Of a stretch of DNA of 64,000 nucleotides, positions 1-12,200 are shown in pieces. Position numbers and translations under genes: made by a program. How positions within the stretch are numbered: position 1 is the stretch's first letter; each line of letters opens with the position of its first letter. The notes beneath the pieces were generated by a model. The model was given only the letters and a program-made list of their open reading frames with translations, had not been told where the DNA came from and did not search any database. Source of the DNA: Marsupella aquatica (lineage: Eukaryota; Plantae; Marchantiophyta); contig OZ316895.1 of the NCBI GenBank assembly GCA_973895155.1, forward strand, positions 4,777,181 through 4,841,180. The letters run 5' to 3'.

Positions 1-2695
1 TTGGCCTTCCTAGATTATGGAGTACCATTAAATCTGGTGATTAATTTCCATTGCCAGTAACGTTTGGGTGAATTTAGTCATAAATTGTTCTGTTATTTTC
101 ATTTGTTTCTTGTCAAGATGCTCCCATAGACCATAACATCCCACATGGACCACCATTCTTCCCAAATTGTTGCTGATATGGACCAGAGTGTTTGTGACCT
201 TGGGACTCAAATGGACCAAATAACTTTGACTCCCGAACGAGTACGTAAGTGAAAACCCTGGATAAATGCAAGGAGCCAATTTCTTACCATCGTGCAAACA
301 GGTAATATGTTTTTGATAAATACCAACTTTATAAGTGCAAAATCTTGAGAAGTGTACATGAACTGTTATTGGTAAGGATGCAATTCCATCCCATTGCACT
401 TACTGATAAGTGCATGGAAATATCTAGTAGAAATTGCACTTAATTATTGGGTAGTGGACCCAGTTGAGGGTGGAAGTCACAAGACTCTTCAGTGATGGAG
501 TATAATTGCAGATATAACAAAGAGATGTTAACAGCTTTTTTTTAGATTTTAGTGTTTTGCCAGAGTGGGGAATGTCCAGTGTGTGAAGGAGAAGATGCTC
601 AAAATATTCCTTGTCTGATTATTTTCTGACCGTCAGATCTCCCTAGATTTGAGGATGACCGTTAGATTCTGGCTAGTAGGGTTGTGATTAGGTGGGACGC
701 TAGCTAGTGAGACAGAAACATACTAGCTAATTTTCACCAAAAATGGCAAAAGCTTTTTGGGGAGGTGAAATTTGGCAAATTTTCATCACTTAAAAAAACA
801 CTGGATGTAAACCATATACTCTTATTGACTTAATTAAGGCATCTCAAAGTTGACAAGTTGATGTACCTTAACTCCCTAGTTAGGGGTTATGTACTATAGA
901 ATTCATAGTCGATAAATTTTTGCCATAAGGATTGGGCTATGTCATAATCATTAGTCAGTGTAGAGGTTAGGGAAAGTAAAAATAAAACTTATATAGTATG
1001 AAAAATTATGACCTATTCTTTATGACCAAATGTCATCATGTCTAATTTCCAAGCTTTGAGACTTCCTAGGGCACGATTTGATATTTGTCCCTTATCACCT
1101 AACCCACCTTTAAGTGCACACGAGGCTCTTCTTCCCAAGAATGTGCACTTCGAGAAAAACTACTCTAACAATTTGGTGGAAATCCGCCCAAAAGCAAAGG
1201 GATCATGAGCTGACCGGGATATTAAAAGTCAATAAAAGAAGGAGTACGTGGCCCCGGAGAAAAAACAGGGGCTCGCATGGAACCGCGTCCGAGAATCGCC
1301 CGTACTCCCCGTTGGATCTTGCCCCGTACAACGGAAAGATACTCTAGGTTTGACCGAGAACTGTCATCCGGGGCGTTATTTAACAATCTTGGCAGGGTGA
1401 TTCCGTTATTTTACTACGGGACCTACTCCGTAGGATCTCCACGGTCAATGTTCGTCCGCCGTCGATATCGTGGTCCCCAGGCTGACCAATCCAATTCGAG
1501 CACGATGCACGTGCGCGCGAGAAAGGTGTGCTCTCGCTCTCGCGCCGAAATTGATTCGCTTGCCCTGGTGTTAGGGTGCTCGCGTACTGCCGTCTGGTTC
1601 GGAACTAGACCTCAGCCCACTCCTGTGCTGCTTTTAGTAAGTACCTGGTTTGGTTTCCCGGCTCGAGATTCTTGGGTGCCTATAATAATTATGGAGTACG
1701 ATTTCGCCCCTGTTTTCATTCCCAACACGTATTTTTGCAAAAGGGGAGCGTTGCAGTGCAACGTAAAGACCGTTGTTATTTTACTTTTTGTATTTTTGAG
1801 TGCATTAGTTTACCACAATGCCCTCAATGTCTAACCAGGACATTATCCTATTCGTAAATAGCCCTGCCACTGGGAAGCTCCCATACATCCTGGTTTATTG
1901 GGTGAATATAGCTGGGCCACAGGGGCAACATTCTGCCCATTCACACTCATGAGAAAAGCTGGAGCATTCAGTGCACTTGCTGGAGCAATTATAGAGACAT
2001 TCAATTGAAAGTTAGGGGGCGGATCTCAGTTGTTCATTGGTCTTGGTGGACTTTGTCCCACTAACTTGTGGAGAAGAGGACTGCTGGCCTTTGGAGGAAA
2101 CATTTGCAGGCTAGGAAGTTGAAGTGAGCATTGGGGCACGGTGGGGTTCAGAAAATGAGTATGTAGGCTGCTCCCGCTATATTTACTAGGCACACCTGGT
2201 AGCAAAGTGGTGGGAGTGCTCTGAAGAGCTCTACACTTCTGCCCCCGCACCCTCTTTGCAGGGTTGGGGTAGTGTAAGGAGAAGGGGATGGAAACAAGCC
2301 AGAGCCCACATGCCAATCCAAGCTAGTTGAACCTGTTTACACACATGTTTGTATGTAAGCCAAGGTCTAGAGGGGCTAATGGCTGCAATCCAAAGTCGAG
2401 GTCAGTCCAAGGGGTTATGGTTAATAGGCCCCAAAGAGGCCATGATTTACCTACTGCAAACTACTGAAAGGTTTTTCTTTGTGTTCCCTTAGTGTGTCAC
2501 AAATATTAAATTCAGTTGAGGAAAATAAGCATTGTATGAGCCAGGCTTGCTAGGGGTTTAAAGCTGCAAACCCTCACATTAAAAACAAACAAAACTTGAG
2601 ATGGTTTTAGTTTAAAGTGAAATTAAATATGCCCCCTCACATGCACGATGTTTTGAGAATATGTCCATGATTTGTTCGGCAGATGATACAGAGTG

Positions 2696-2825
2696 TAATG
2701 TATATGTTTAAGGTCCCTCAATGCTCCGTAATGGAGTATTGAGGGCAACCGTGTGCCGATTGGTTGGAGCGGTGAGGCGTACAGGAGCTCCAATACTTCA
2801 AAGTAGGGACCCTAAATATACATTA
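2696..2825. repeat. Short foldback element (MITE-like or hairpin)
   Basis: TAATGTATATGTTTAAGGTCCCT (2696-2718) is the near-perfect inverse of AGGGACCCTAAATATACATTA (2805-2825), with further internal complementarity. Confidence 0.65.
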
Positions 2826-5719
2826 AGCGGTAGTACAGCGACAAATGATCCATGATTGGAGCTTGTGTCTTGGAGCAAGTCTGGTCCGTCCATCTAGTGC
2901 ATCCGTGTTGCATGTCAGAATCATGGTACAATTGAATGTTGTTGAGTCCTGACACCTATGGCTGGATTCAATACCCCCAAAGACTGTGGAAATATAATGA
3001 AATGTAAAGCCACATATGTGGCAAGCGCTGATAAGCGACGAGCAATAGAAAACACCATACAACCCTTAACACCTTCTCATTGGTTGTGAAAATTAATTTG
3101 CTTGGCCATGGTCATTCTGTCATACCCTCTCCACTGATCCATGCCGTAACTGAGATAACCACCTGAGCATTTGATATATTATTTTCACTATAGGGAACCC
3201 CCAAATCCCCCAAATTTGGTACATGGTCCTTTCAAATTAGGCTCTGTTCATAAGATTGGCTTTACACCATTGAAGTGGGGATAGTTTCACACATCATGCT
3301 ATGAGATATTCCATGACCAAAGTGTTGCAGGCTGGGTCATGGACAAAAAGTCTGCTGTTCCCACAAAACTTGATGGGTCAGCAACTTGGGTTGTCAGGGC
3401 GCCTGCATCCTCACCAAAATAGCTCCGCAAGATATGCGTCGGTGCCCTCAAGAATTTCTGGCCCCGGTTAAGAATCATCAGTGCTCATTCTAAAGTTGTC
3501 GGTACCCAATTGACCTGCAGGAGTGTGTAGAAGCCCATCTCTAACCGTCTGGATTAAATTCACCCAAAAGTTGGGTTATTGGTGGTGGTCATGGACATCC
3601 AAGTCTCAGAGAGGCTCACTGAAGGAAAGAAAAAATAGGGAAACTCAACTTTTTATTTCTTTGTGATGGAGCTTCCTTGACAAGCTTAAAACCCCATCAT
3701 ATCAAGCTGCCTAAAGAGTCTCCAGCTTGTCAAGTAAGCTAACAAAATGTCAGGCGGGGAAAAGGGGATGCCAGTAGGAACCACGCCGCATGGAACCCCG
3801 ACTCTATTCAGCCTCAACCAATAGGAACGAGTAACAGAAAAAAAGAGAAGAGAAGCGAAGACCCAACGCCCCGAACAATGAACCAATGAAAACGAGGCCC
3901 TGTACTTCCGGTTCATGAGAAAGTCCATTGGTTCGAGTCAGACCTATCAGTAGGGTTGCGCATGGATATCTTGATGGATACGCTTCCGTACAGTACCAGC
4001 AATCATTTTTGCTCGCTTTGCGTCACCCGCCTCTGAGCCGTCGATCTGACACGAGAGCGGCTCGGATGGATATCGAAAGGTCAGCCCTACTACACTGAGG
4101 ATCCGGTGCAAGAACGAACATCCAGGCCCCATGTCATACCATGCCATGATGCCATGCTGCAGCCGGGCTTATGGCGTCTACTGGTCCAGAGCTCGAAGGG
4201 TCGGTCCGTTTGTGTAAATTGAAATTGACGTCGCAGCGAAAAGGTAGCCGAGCCTTTTTTTAATTGTATTGTAAATTCAAAAAGGAGGTAGGTGCCTGAC
4301 GGCTGCTAGTGCTATCTAAAAGTTAGTATTACTTTCAACTTAGGCAGGAACATTTTGCTCAACATCTTGGGCAACACTAACTAGCTGAATGGCCACTTTT
4401 ATCGTAAAAATAGACCATCCGGGGTAACAGTAAATGACCTTAGTGCCCAATGTGCTCCTAAATAGATGGTCATTGTCACAGTGCCCATTCCAAACCCAAT
4501 GGCAAGAGTACTTGTGCCCCTCTTCCATGGTCTAAAGCTTTCACTCTGATTTTTTCTGTTTGAGCAACACTTTAGGTGTGAGGAAATAAACCCGATAAAA
4601 CACGGAGACTTCACTCTAGACTCTTGGCCCTGAAGAGTAGTGAGACCTAAACTCATGATCTAGAGATTTCACTCTAGGAATAGGTTTTTATCCTAGTTTT
4701 GGATTGCATTTTAGTAGATGGATGTATGTATTGGTAAGCAAAAACAATTGCCTTTGTTTCACTTATGGCTTATGCTGCAAGGAAAAACTACTTCAAGAAC
4801 AACTACATGGCTGTTCAGTGGTGCAGCACAGCGTCACTAAACTCATGAATTCCTCCGCAATATTGACAACAACATCAATTAGGGATGTCAAGAGCCAGCG
4901 ATCAATTATGGATCAGTGAACACATGGAGGTGGTGTAGCTTTGTCTGATATTGCTCTGTGAAATGTGTGTATAGGCAACAATTTATTTGGCAGACTGATG
5001 GGGGAACTTTGTTGGTATCATTCTTTACCCTGCTACAAGTTTACTCGCATGCTAAGGAAACTTAATTGAAACATGCAGGATCAGTGTTTATGACACAATT
5101 AATGTTGTAACAATATGGTAGAGCCCAAAATTTGTTCCCTTGCAAGAATATTTGGTCTAAGTTCTCCTACACGTGCAATATCAGCCCACAGATTCTTTTA
5201 GGTTTAACCTGGTGAATAAACTCACGTAAATATTTTGTAAATTGGTGAGTAAATCAAGAATAACCCCTTTGTACTCAGGTTAAGAATTTGTAAAATCGTA
5301 ACCATAGATGAAAGGCGGGGTAAATCATGACCCCATAGATAACGCCCCCATATCCTTAATTAAAGATGACAGCTAAGTGTACCTGCTCAATCATTATAAG
5401 AAATAAAATTCCTTTTTCAAGCATAGATACCATTAAAATAACATTGGTAATGTTCAGATGTATCCCACGTCGAATCCAGCGATGTCGTGGCCGAGCCATC
5501 TTTTGTCATTCTTTACGTTTGGTTGTCCATAATGAACAATTTGTCAGACCTTGCAATCTATGAGATTTTTAATGGCTTCGTCCATTTTGTCCAAATCACT
5601 CCACTGCATATTTGGCAATAATTTTATTTGGCAACAGAATGCGTTGCACTTGGTTTTAACCCAAAGATAGAGAGCAATGATGAGGGCTGTAGATGGTCAA
5701 TCTATTTCTCCATTAATCA

Positions 5720-5914
5720 GTGCGCACAGGGAAACAAAGAGTGACAAGTGAAATTGTTGCATGAGGGGGGAAACAAGCAGGTGAAGTGAAATGTCCCCTG
5801 TGAAACCCTTGGGTGACAAGGGAAATGGCCAGGTGATGGGAAGCTATCCAGCAAAACAAAATGTTCACCTGAAAAGGATATAAAGTTTGCATCATAAGTA
5901 ACAAACATGGAGCT
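5720..5914 (+). repeat. Dispersed repeat, copy 1 (probable non-autonomous TE fragment)
   Basis: GCACAGGGAAACAAAG...AAATGTCCCCTGT...TGAAAAGGATATA...TTGCATCATAA.TAACAAA matches the reverse complement of 59291-59470. Confidence 0.7.
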
Positions 5915-8900
5915 CTCAACCCAAGAAATCCTTTTGCCCAGATTACTCCTCTGCATTTTGCCAAGAATTTCACTCTTTCCCTTTGGTAGGTATTTTTAAC
6001 CTTCATGTTTATTAGTGGATGTCACTTTTCAATATCTGAAGATTATGGGATAAATGGGGATGGGCACAGGTGAGGCTAGCTACTGGAGTCTTGTCATCAT
6101 CAATAGTAAAAATAGTGGTCTTGTAGGCCTAAATTATGGCCCAGAATCCTGCGACAGAATTAGGAAAATCATTCACCTAAAGAGGTTCCGGAGCAGTAAA
6201 TTATGTTCTGACGATGAGATACTCGAGCCTGACTATTTTAGACCATTTTCAACTCGACATCTCCCATATTGTGTATTTTATTCGATTGCGAATAATATTT
6301 CCTCTCATACCCACACAAACGAAAATTGCATTAATATACCTCATCCACCGAAATTTACCTTTTTCAGAAGATTCCCTGAATGGAAGAATCATTTTTCCCG
6401 CGAATCGTACGAATCGTTGGGGCGTCTGTTATCTCAGAACCTCGTCGGTACCTACAAATAAACCACAGATAACTTAGAGGGGCCGACTAATCCCACGGGA
6501 TACTTGACTACTGGGTTGCCATGTTCCGTTTTCGATACGGCCGTCGATTCATTGAGTTAACGGGTCAGATCTATTAGAGGCGAACTGTGCCGCTACATAG
6601 AGGGAGTAGTGGCGCCGCTTTTGGCGGAGGCGTACTTTGGTTGGATGAGATAGCTACAGTGGCTGGCTGGCGGGCAACTGGGTACGGGCTGGGAGGAAGG
6701 CTCGTTGTTTGCAAGAGACTCGAGTGGACCCAAAGGAGAGATCTCGTTGGTTCTTTTCTTCCTTTTGCGTCGATGTGATGCGTGTCTCCGTTCCCAGTAG
6801 AAGTCCATTTCTGTCGACTCTTTTGCCGCTCGATCGGGTCGTCCGCTCCGTCCGCTGATGATTCTCATCCTCCTTCCCTCTCCGTCCGCTCGCGCGCGAG
6901 AGGGAGGGAATTCCTGACTGGTGTTGCGAACGCGCCGACCCTCTACTCGTCGGAGGAGCTTGTTGATTGTTGAGAAAAAAATTGCTTCAACACGAAAAAC
7001 GGGAGCAGCAGCAAGCAAGCAAGCGTGCAAAGATGGATGGAGGAGGAGGAGGAGGAGGAGGAGGGGCTGGCGGATATCGACGCTGAGGTGCAGCAATGCG
7101 CGTGATGCATGAGGATTGAGGAGTGCGTCGAGCAATGATGGTGAGTGAGGGGATTTGGGGCGCGGAAATTTAGGAAGGAATGCGAGCAGCAAGCTGTACG
7201 TACGGTGGTGAGTAGTGCACTGAGAGGAATAGAAGGGGATGTATCGAGGGGAGGAGATTATTATTAGGACAGTGGCGACCCAGTAGTAGCTTAGCTGGAT
7301 CGAAGTTTCTCTTGATGTTGTCCATGTTGGTGGAGTACAAAGGATTCATGGACGGGTAGGGAGAGAGATGGAACGCGAGGGAGAAGGGAGGTGTATAAAA
7401 AGAGATCTTCTGACCAGAGAGCAGCTTTCGTCGGGGCGAGTGTAAATGAGGTTCGCATAGAGAGAGCGAGGGGACGGGGAGCTGCGGCAAGATTGTCGTG
7501 TAGATGTTTCCAATTTAAGTTTTACGGGTTGAGAAGAGGAGCGGGAGAGAGAGAGGGGAGAGCGGGGCGGAATAACGGCGCCAGAGGGCGTAATCTCGAG
7601 AGCAAAGCAGAGGGCAGGAGTGGAAGATTCGCTGGCGTTGTTCGTTTCGACGTGGTAGATAGAGAGCCGGATAGGTAAGACGCATTGTCGACGTCGTTCA
7701 AAGTGGTGGGAGAGGAGCAATTAATTTGGATAGACGGAGGGAGGTCGGTTCTCAAAGATAATGAGACAGACACAGAGGATTCGTCTCGTTACAAGACGAA
7801 CGCTTCGTCGGAAGCCTCTGTGAGACTGCGTGATAGAGAGAGAAAAGCGGCGGATCGATCGGTCGATATCATTCGTTTCCTTGTTGGGAGACTCGGGGTT
7901 TCATGACCATGTCGTAGATTTTTTATTCTCCAGTCTCTCCTGTCTGTCCGTCTGTCCGTCTGTCCATTGCCGGGACGTGAAAGTGAACGAGTGACAAACT
8001 GTAGCTTCCAGGCGCAGGCAGCAGGAGGAGGAGGATGGTGCACATAAGCCGGGATCGACTATGCAAAGTGATACTTGCGGCGCGGGGCAGAGGTGCAATT
8101 TACCGACTCTCATGGACCAGTAACTCATTTGATTGCATCTTGGTCCTTTTCGTCCATAGTATATTTCTCCCTTGCCGCCATTGTTTCTCGCTCCAGCGTG
8201 GGTGCGTGACGTTATCGTTACTGTGCACTGTTTTGGCGAATCGATTGTAGAAGTACTGCATTGTTTTGGCCCGGTCTGTTTCTTCGACTCCGTCGTCCGC
8301 ACTTTTGTCTTAGTTGTTCTAAGTCGTGCCTTTTTCTGCACCTTCGTGGTTGCCACTGTCGTTGTTGTTCTTCGTCTCCTGCTCTTGCTGATCTTTTAAT
8401 ACAGACGGCTGGACTCGTGGAACGCCAGCTAGCCAATCATTGAGTATAGTTGTCAGGAATTTTAGAGGGATAAGAATTTCCGAAACGGGTTTGGATGAAT
8501 CATTATTGAATTCCCATCTTATTCCTTGTTTTCCCCTAACTTGATAATCTTTTATTTTCCTTTGGCGTTTGGCTGAATTGCGTATGCCTTGTGTTCCTCC
8601 TCACCGCGTCGCGTCGGGGTTCAGCAATGTGGATTGATTCCGGGACAATGGTCATTGGTATGTGTGTTATCTGTTGTGTGCCAATTTTGGTCGATCGTCC
8701 TTGTGGGAATGAAGTGAGCTGATTTTAGTGCGACCCGCCTGAATGTGCCGATATTGCCACTTACAGCTTCATTGTATACATCGTGTGAATATGTTAACGG
8801 GTGGGAACCCCGCGATTGATTCAAGACTGTCGCGACATATATTCATCGTGCTGCATCTTGTAGAGAGCGGCCTGTGGGTTTGAAGGTTGCAACACAGGCT

Positions 8901-9267
8901 GCCTGTGTTGAATGTTGACGTTCTGCTCTACCCGCTCCTTTCGTTAGGTCGTATTCGCACAATTTTGTGACCCGGTGTTATTCCCAAGAAATCTGCATGT
9001 ACGCTGCCAAGATTTGCTGTCCCCGCAAAATCCTGCCCATAGCTGTTGTTGAAGAATTTTATCAATCCATTTTCTTGTGCTCCCGAATTTCGAGAATTTC
9101 GGTACTTGTGCTCGTGGACAAGTTTTGAAGCTTTAATGAGTGTCGGGTGAAAAAATTAATGCATTTGGACACCATTACCCACTCTTTCTTTTCATCATTC
9201 TGTCTCTCACCTATTTTTCCACTGGACGATACCTATTGCAGGCACCAGCGCTTCATCCGATATTTCT

Positions 9268-12200
9268 ATGGCAAGAGCGAGCGTTCCTTCTGAAATTTTA
9301 TCAGGCACCAGCGCTCCATCTGATATTTCTATACCAAGAACGAGCGTTCCTTCCGAAGTTTTTTCAGAGAGTGAGAGTATGGAGAACGACGTCTATGCAA
9401 TTTCTGATTCGACCGATTCTTCTGGCGGCGGTACAGTACTGTCTATAGTGTTCCGTAAAGCGGTCGTGTTGCTTCCTCTCATTTTGATTACTCTATACTG
9501 TTGCTTCCGATTGTGGGTAGCGGTTGCCTCATTGTGGATGATTGATTTGCCGTCGAGATTTGATAACGGCCGGGAAATTTTGGGCCGTCTTGTTTTTTCA
9601 TTATGTTGGAAAACCGTGTTTCCCCTCTCTCAAAGAAGTAATTGTGGAGCTGGTTGTGATATCAGAAGGTTTTAAAGACATCGGTGGAAAGGGAAAAGGG
9701 AAGGTAAGAGGAAGAGGAAGAGCAAAAGGAAGAGCAAAAGGGAAAGCAAGCGCTCAGAAGCAAGAAGCGGCGAAGCCTAAGACTCCCGACTCTATACCTG
9801 CAAAACGGCGGCGCTTTGCGAAGGTAGACTTGAGGGATGCCCAGGAGGTCGAGTCGGAAGACAGCTCCGGTTCAGAATTTGTTTTGTCTGAGGAGAGCTC
9901 GAGCAGCGACGAGGACAGTGACAGCGCTGTTCGCGTCACAAGAGTAACCGTGAAGAGGAATTTGAGAGCTCGCAGAGAGGCATCTCTCGCTTTAGATGAG
10001 GATTTTGCACTTCCTGCTGCGCCAATTGCAGGACCTGTCGGGAGGCAGCCTATTGCGTCCCCAGCGAAGGCGAATGGGAAGAGTTCGTACAGGAGAGCTC
10101 GGGGGCCCAAGGGCAAGTTGAACTCGGAACCGGAGAAGAAGTTGGGTTGGGAGATTTCGGATGACGAATGGGATCACAGGTGGGGCGATGCCACTGATGC
10201 TGATTTCGACAAAATCAAGTCCGGAAAGCCCCCCATGGAACAGAGAGAACCTCCGAAAGAGTTGCTCATGCCGCTCCTTCCATTTCAGAAGGAGTGGCTC
10301 GGTTGGAGTCTACAACAGGAAGCGGGCCCCATGAAGGGTGGGATCCTGGCCGATGAAATGGGGATGGGTAAGACAATACAGGCCATTTCGCTCGTCGTTG
10401 CAGGTCGAGCTCTCACCCAATCTGCACCGAAAGTCGACTTGAACGGGACCTTGGCCGCCAGTTCAAGTAGTGCTGCCCATAAATCTTGTGATCTTTCCAA
10501 GGTGTTGCCTCAGGTGAAGGGTACTCTTGTCATTTGTCCCTTGGTAGCTGTCATTCAGTGGCGCAATGAGATTAGCAGATTCACTCAAAATGGGTCTGTG
10601 AGTGTACTTGTTTACCACGGTCCTCGCCGAAGCATTGGGCTGGCTGAGCTCGCCAAGTATGACATCATTATGACAACCTATTCAATTGTGGAGCTGGAAC
10701 ATCGCAAACATGTGATGCCACCGAAGGACGTTTGCCAATACTGTCACAGACAATTCTATCCAGATCGAATGAGAGTGCATTTGAGATTCTTTTGTGGACC
10801 AGATGCTCAGAGGACTGCCAAGCAAGCAAAGCAGGTGAAGAGGAAGGCTGTACCTGGAACATTTGAGGGTGACATTGAGGACGGCGATGATTCTGAAGAA
10901 GACCTCAAGGGCCTGAAGAGAGGAAAGGATATTAGTCCCGACGATGACGACGATTCTGAAGAAGATCTCAAAGGCAAGAAGAAAGGAAAGGGTGCTGCCA
11001 AAGGGAAAATTGCCAAGAAGGGGAAGATTGCAGTTGCCAACGGAGCAGGGAGGGGCCGCAAACGAAAGATCGGAGGGGAAGAGTTGTCAAATGCTTTGGA
11101 AAGTGCTGTCGACGAATTCAAAGAGGAGGCGGCAAAGGCCAGCAGTTCTAAGGGGAACTCAGTTTTGCATTCCGTGAGATGGGAGCGCATCATATTGGAT
11201 GAGGTACTGATGGCCAGTCTTGTTCTCATGTTTAGTTCCTTTTGCTGATTTCATTCCCAATTGAGCTGTTGTCTCGAGAAGTAGAATCTGGAGAAAATGA
11301 TCTTTGCAATCATGATTACTATGGGCATTTTTAAAGTCGACATCACATTTTGTGATTGAGTGCCCGTGCCTTATCGATGATGTTAGACTTTTATTACTTG
11401 TAGGCACTGGGGAGACACATGGTGCTCGTCTTTTGCCGGAAAGAAAATTTTATTTCATGTCCTTTTGCAGGCTCATTCAATAAAAGACAGACGATGCAGC
11501 ACTGCAAAGGGTATATTTGCATTGCAAAGTGAGTACAAATGGGCACTTACTGGCACTCCATTGCAGAATCGAGTAGGCGAGTTATACTCTCTGGTGCGTA
11601 CTTGTTTCCCATCTGGATGGAGTGGACGCATTTCAGACACTAGATTTTTTATCGGGTAGCAATTTTTTCTATTGCAGCCCACAATCATCCTCCAGGTGGT
11701 AAAGAACGAGCGCGAACCGTTTCTTTCCTGCAGCTGGATGATGGTCTTGAACTGTCTGCGAGAACATTCTTGGTGTCTTGAAAGGTTGTGCCGATGATGC
11801 ACGAATCGAAAGTTTAGTGCTTTACGTTTCTGTACCTCGTGCGTCGTTGCGTGGTTTTGTGAGTTTTATTGTTGAGATCCTGTGACTGACTTCTTTCCGT
11901 GATTGTAAGCAGGTTCGTTTTCTGGGTATTCACCCTTTTTCATACTATTTTTGTCGGAAGTGCGAGTGCAGATCTCTTGACTATCAGTAAGTTTTTCACT
12001 GTACTTGTACTTCTGCAGTGCAAAGAGCTCACGTTTTTTTTTAAATGTAAGACCCAACTATATTTTGACATTTTTCAAACTTGTATAAATGAAAAGGTTT
12101 GGCGGACCTTCAGAGAAATGTAAATGTGGTCACTCATCTCTGCTACACTTCTGTTGGTGGAACAAGGTACACCTCCTTCTTTTCCCCTTCCCTTCCCTTC

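Noticed and set aside
1277-1834. 185-aa ORF
   Set aside because: No family motifs; it crosses a promoter-like, donor-containing region and is probably a chance ORF.
3929-3940. tRNA B-box-like GGTTCGA motifs (also at ~48926)
   Set aside because: No cloverleaf can be built around them.
3915-4172. RNase P/MRP-like motifs GAAAGTCC and CCGGGCTTA
   Set aside because: Only about 6 bp of P4-like pairing, no CCCC/GGGG extension and no clear USE/TATA promoter; too weak to call.
6593-7192. 199-aa minus-strand ORF with poly-Leu
   Set aside because: Non-ATG start, built partly from a (GAG)n microsatellite, and no recognisable domain.
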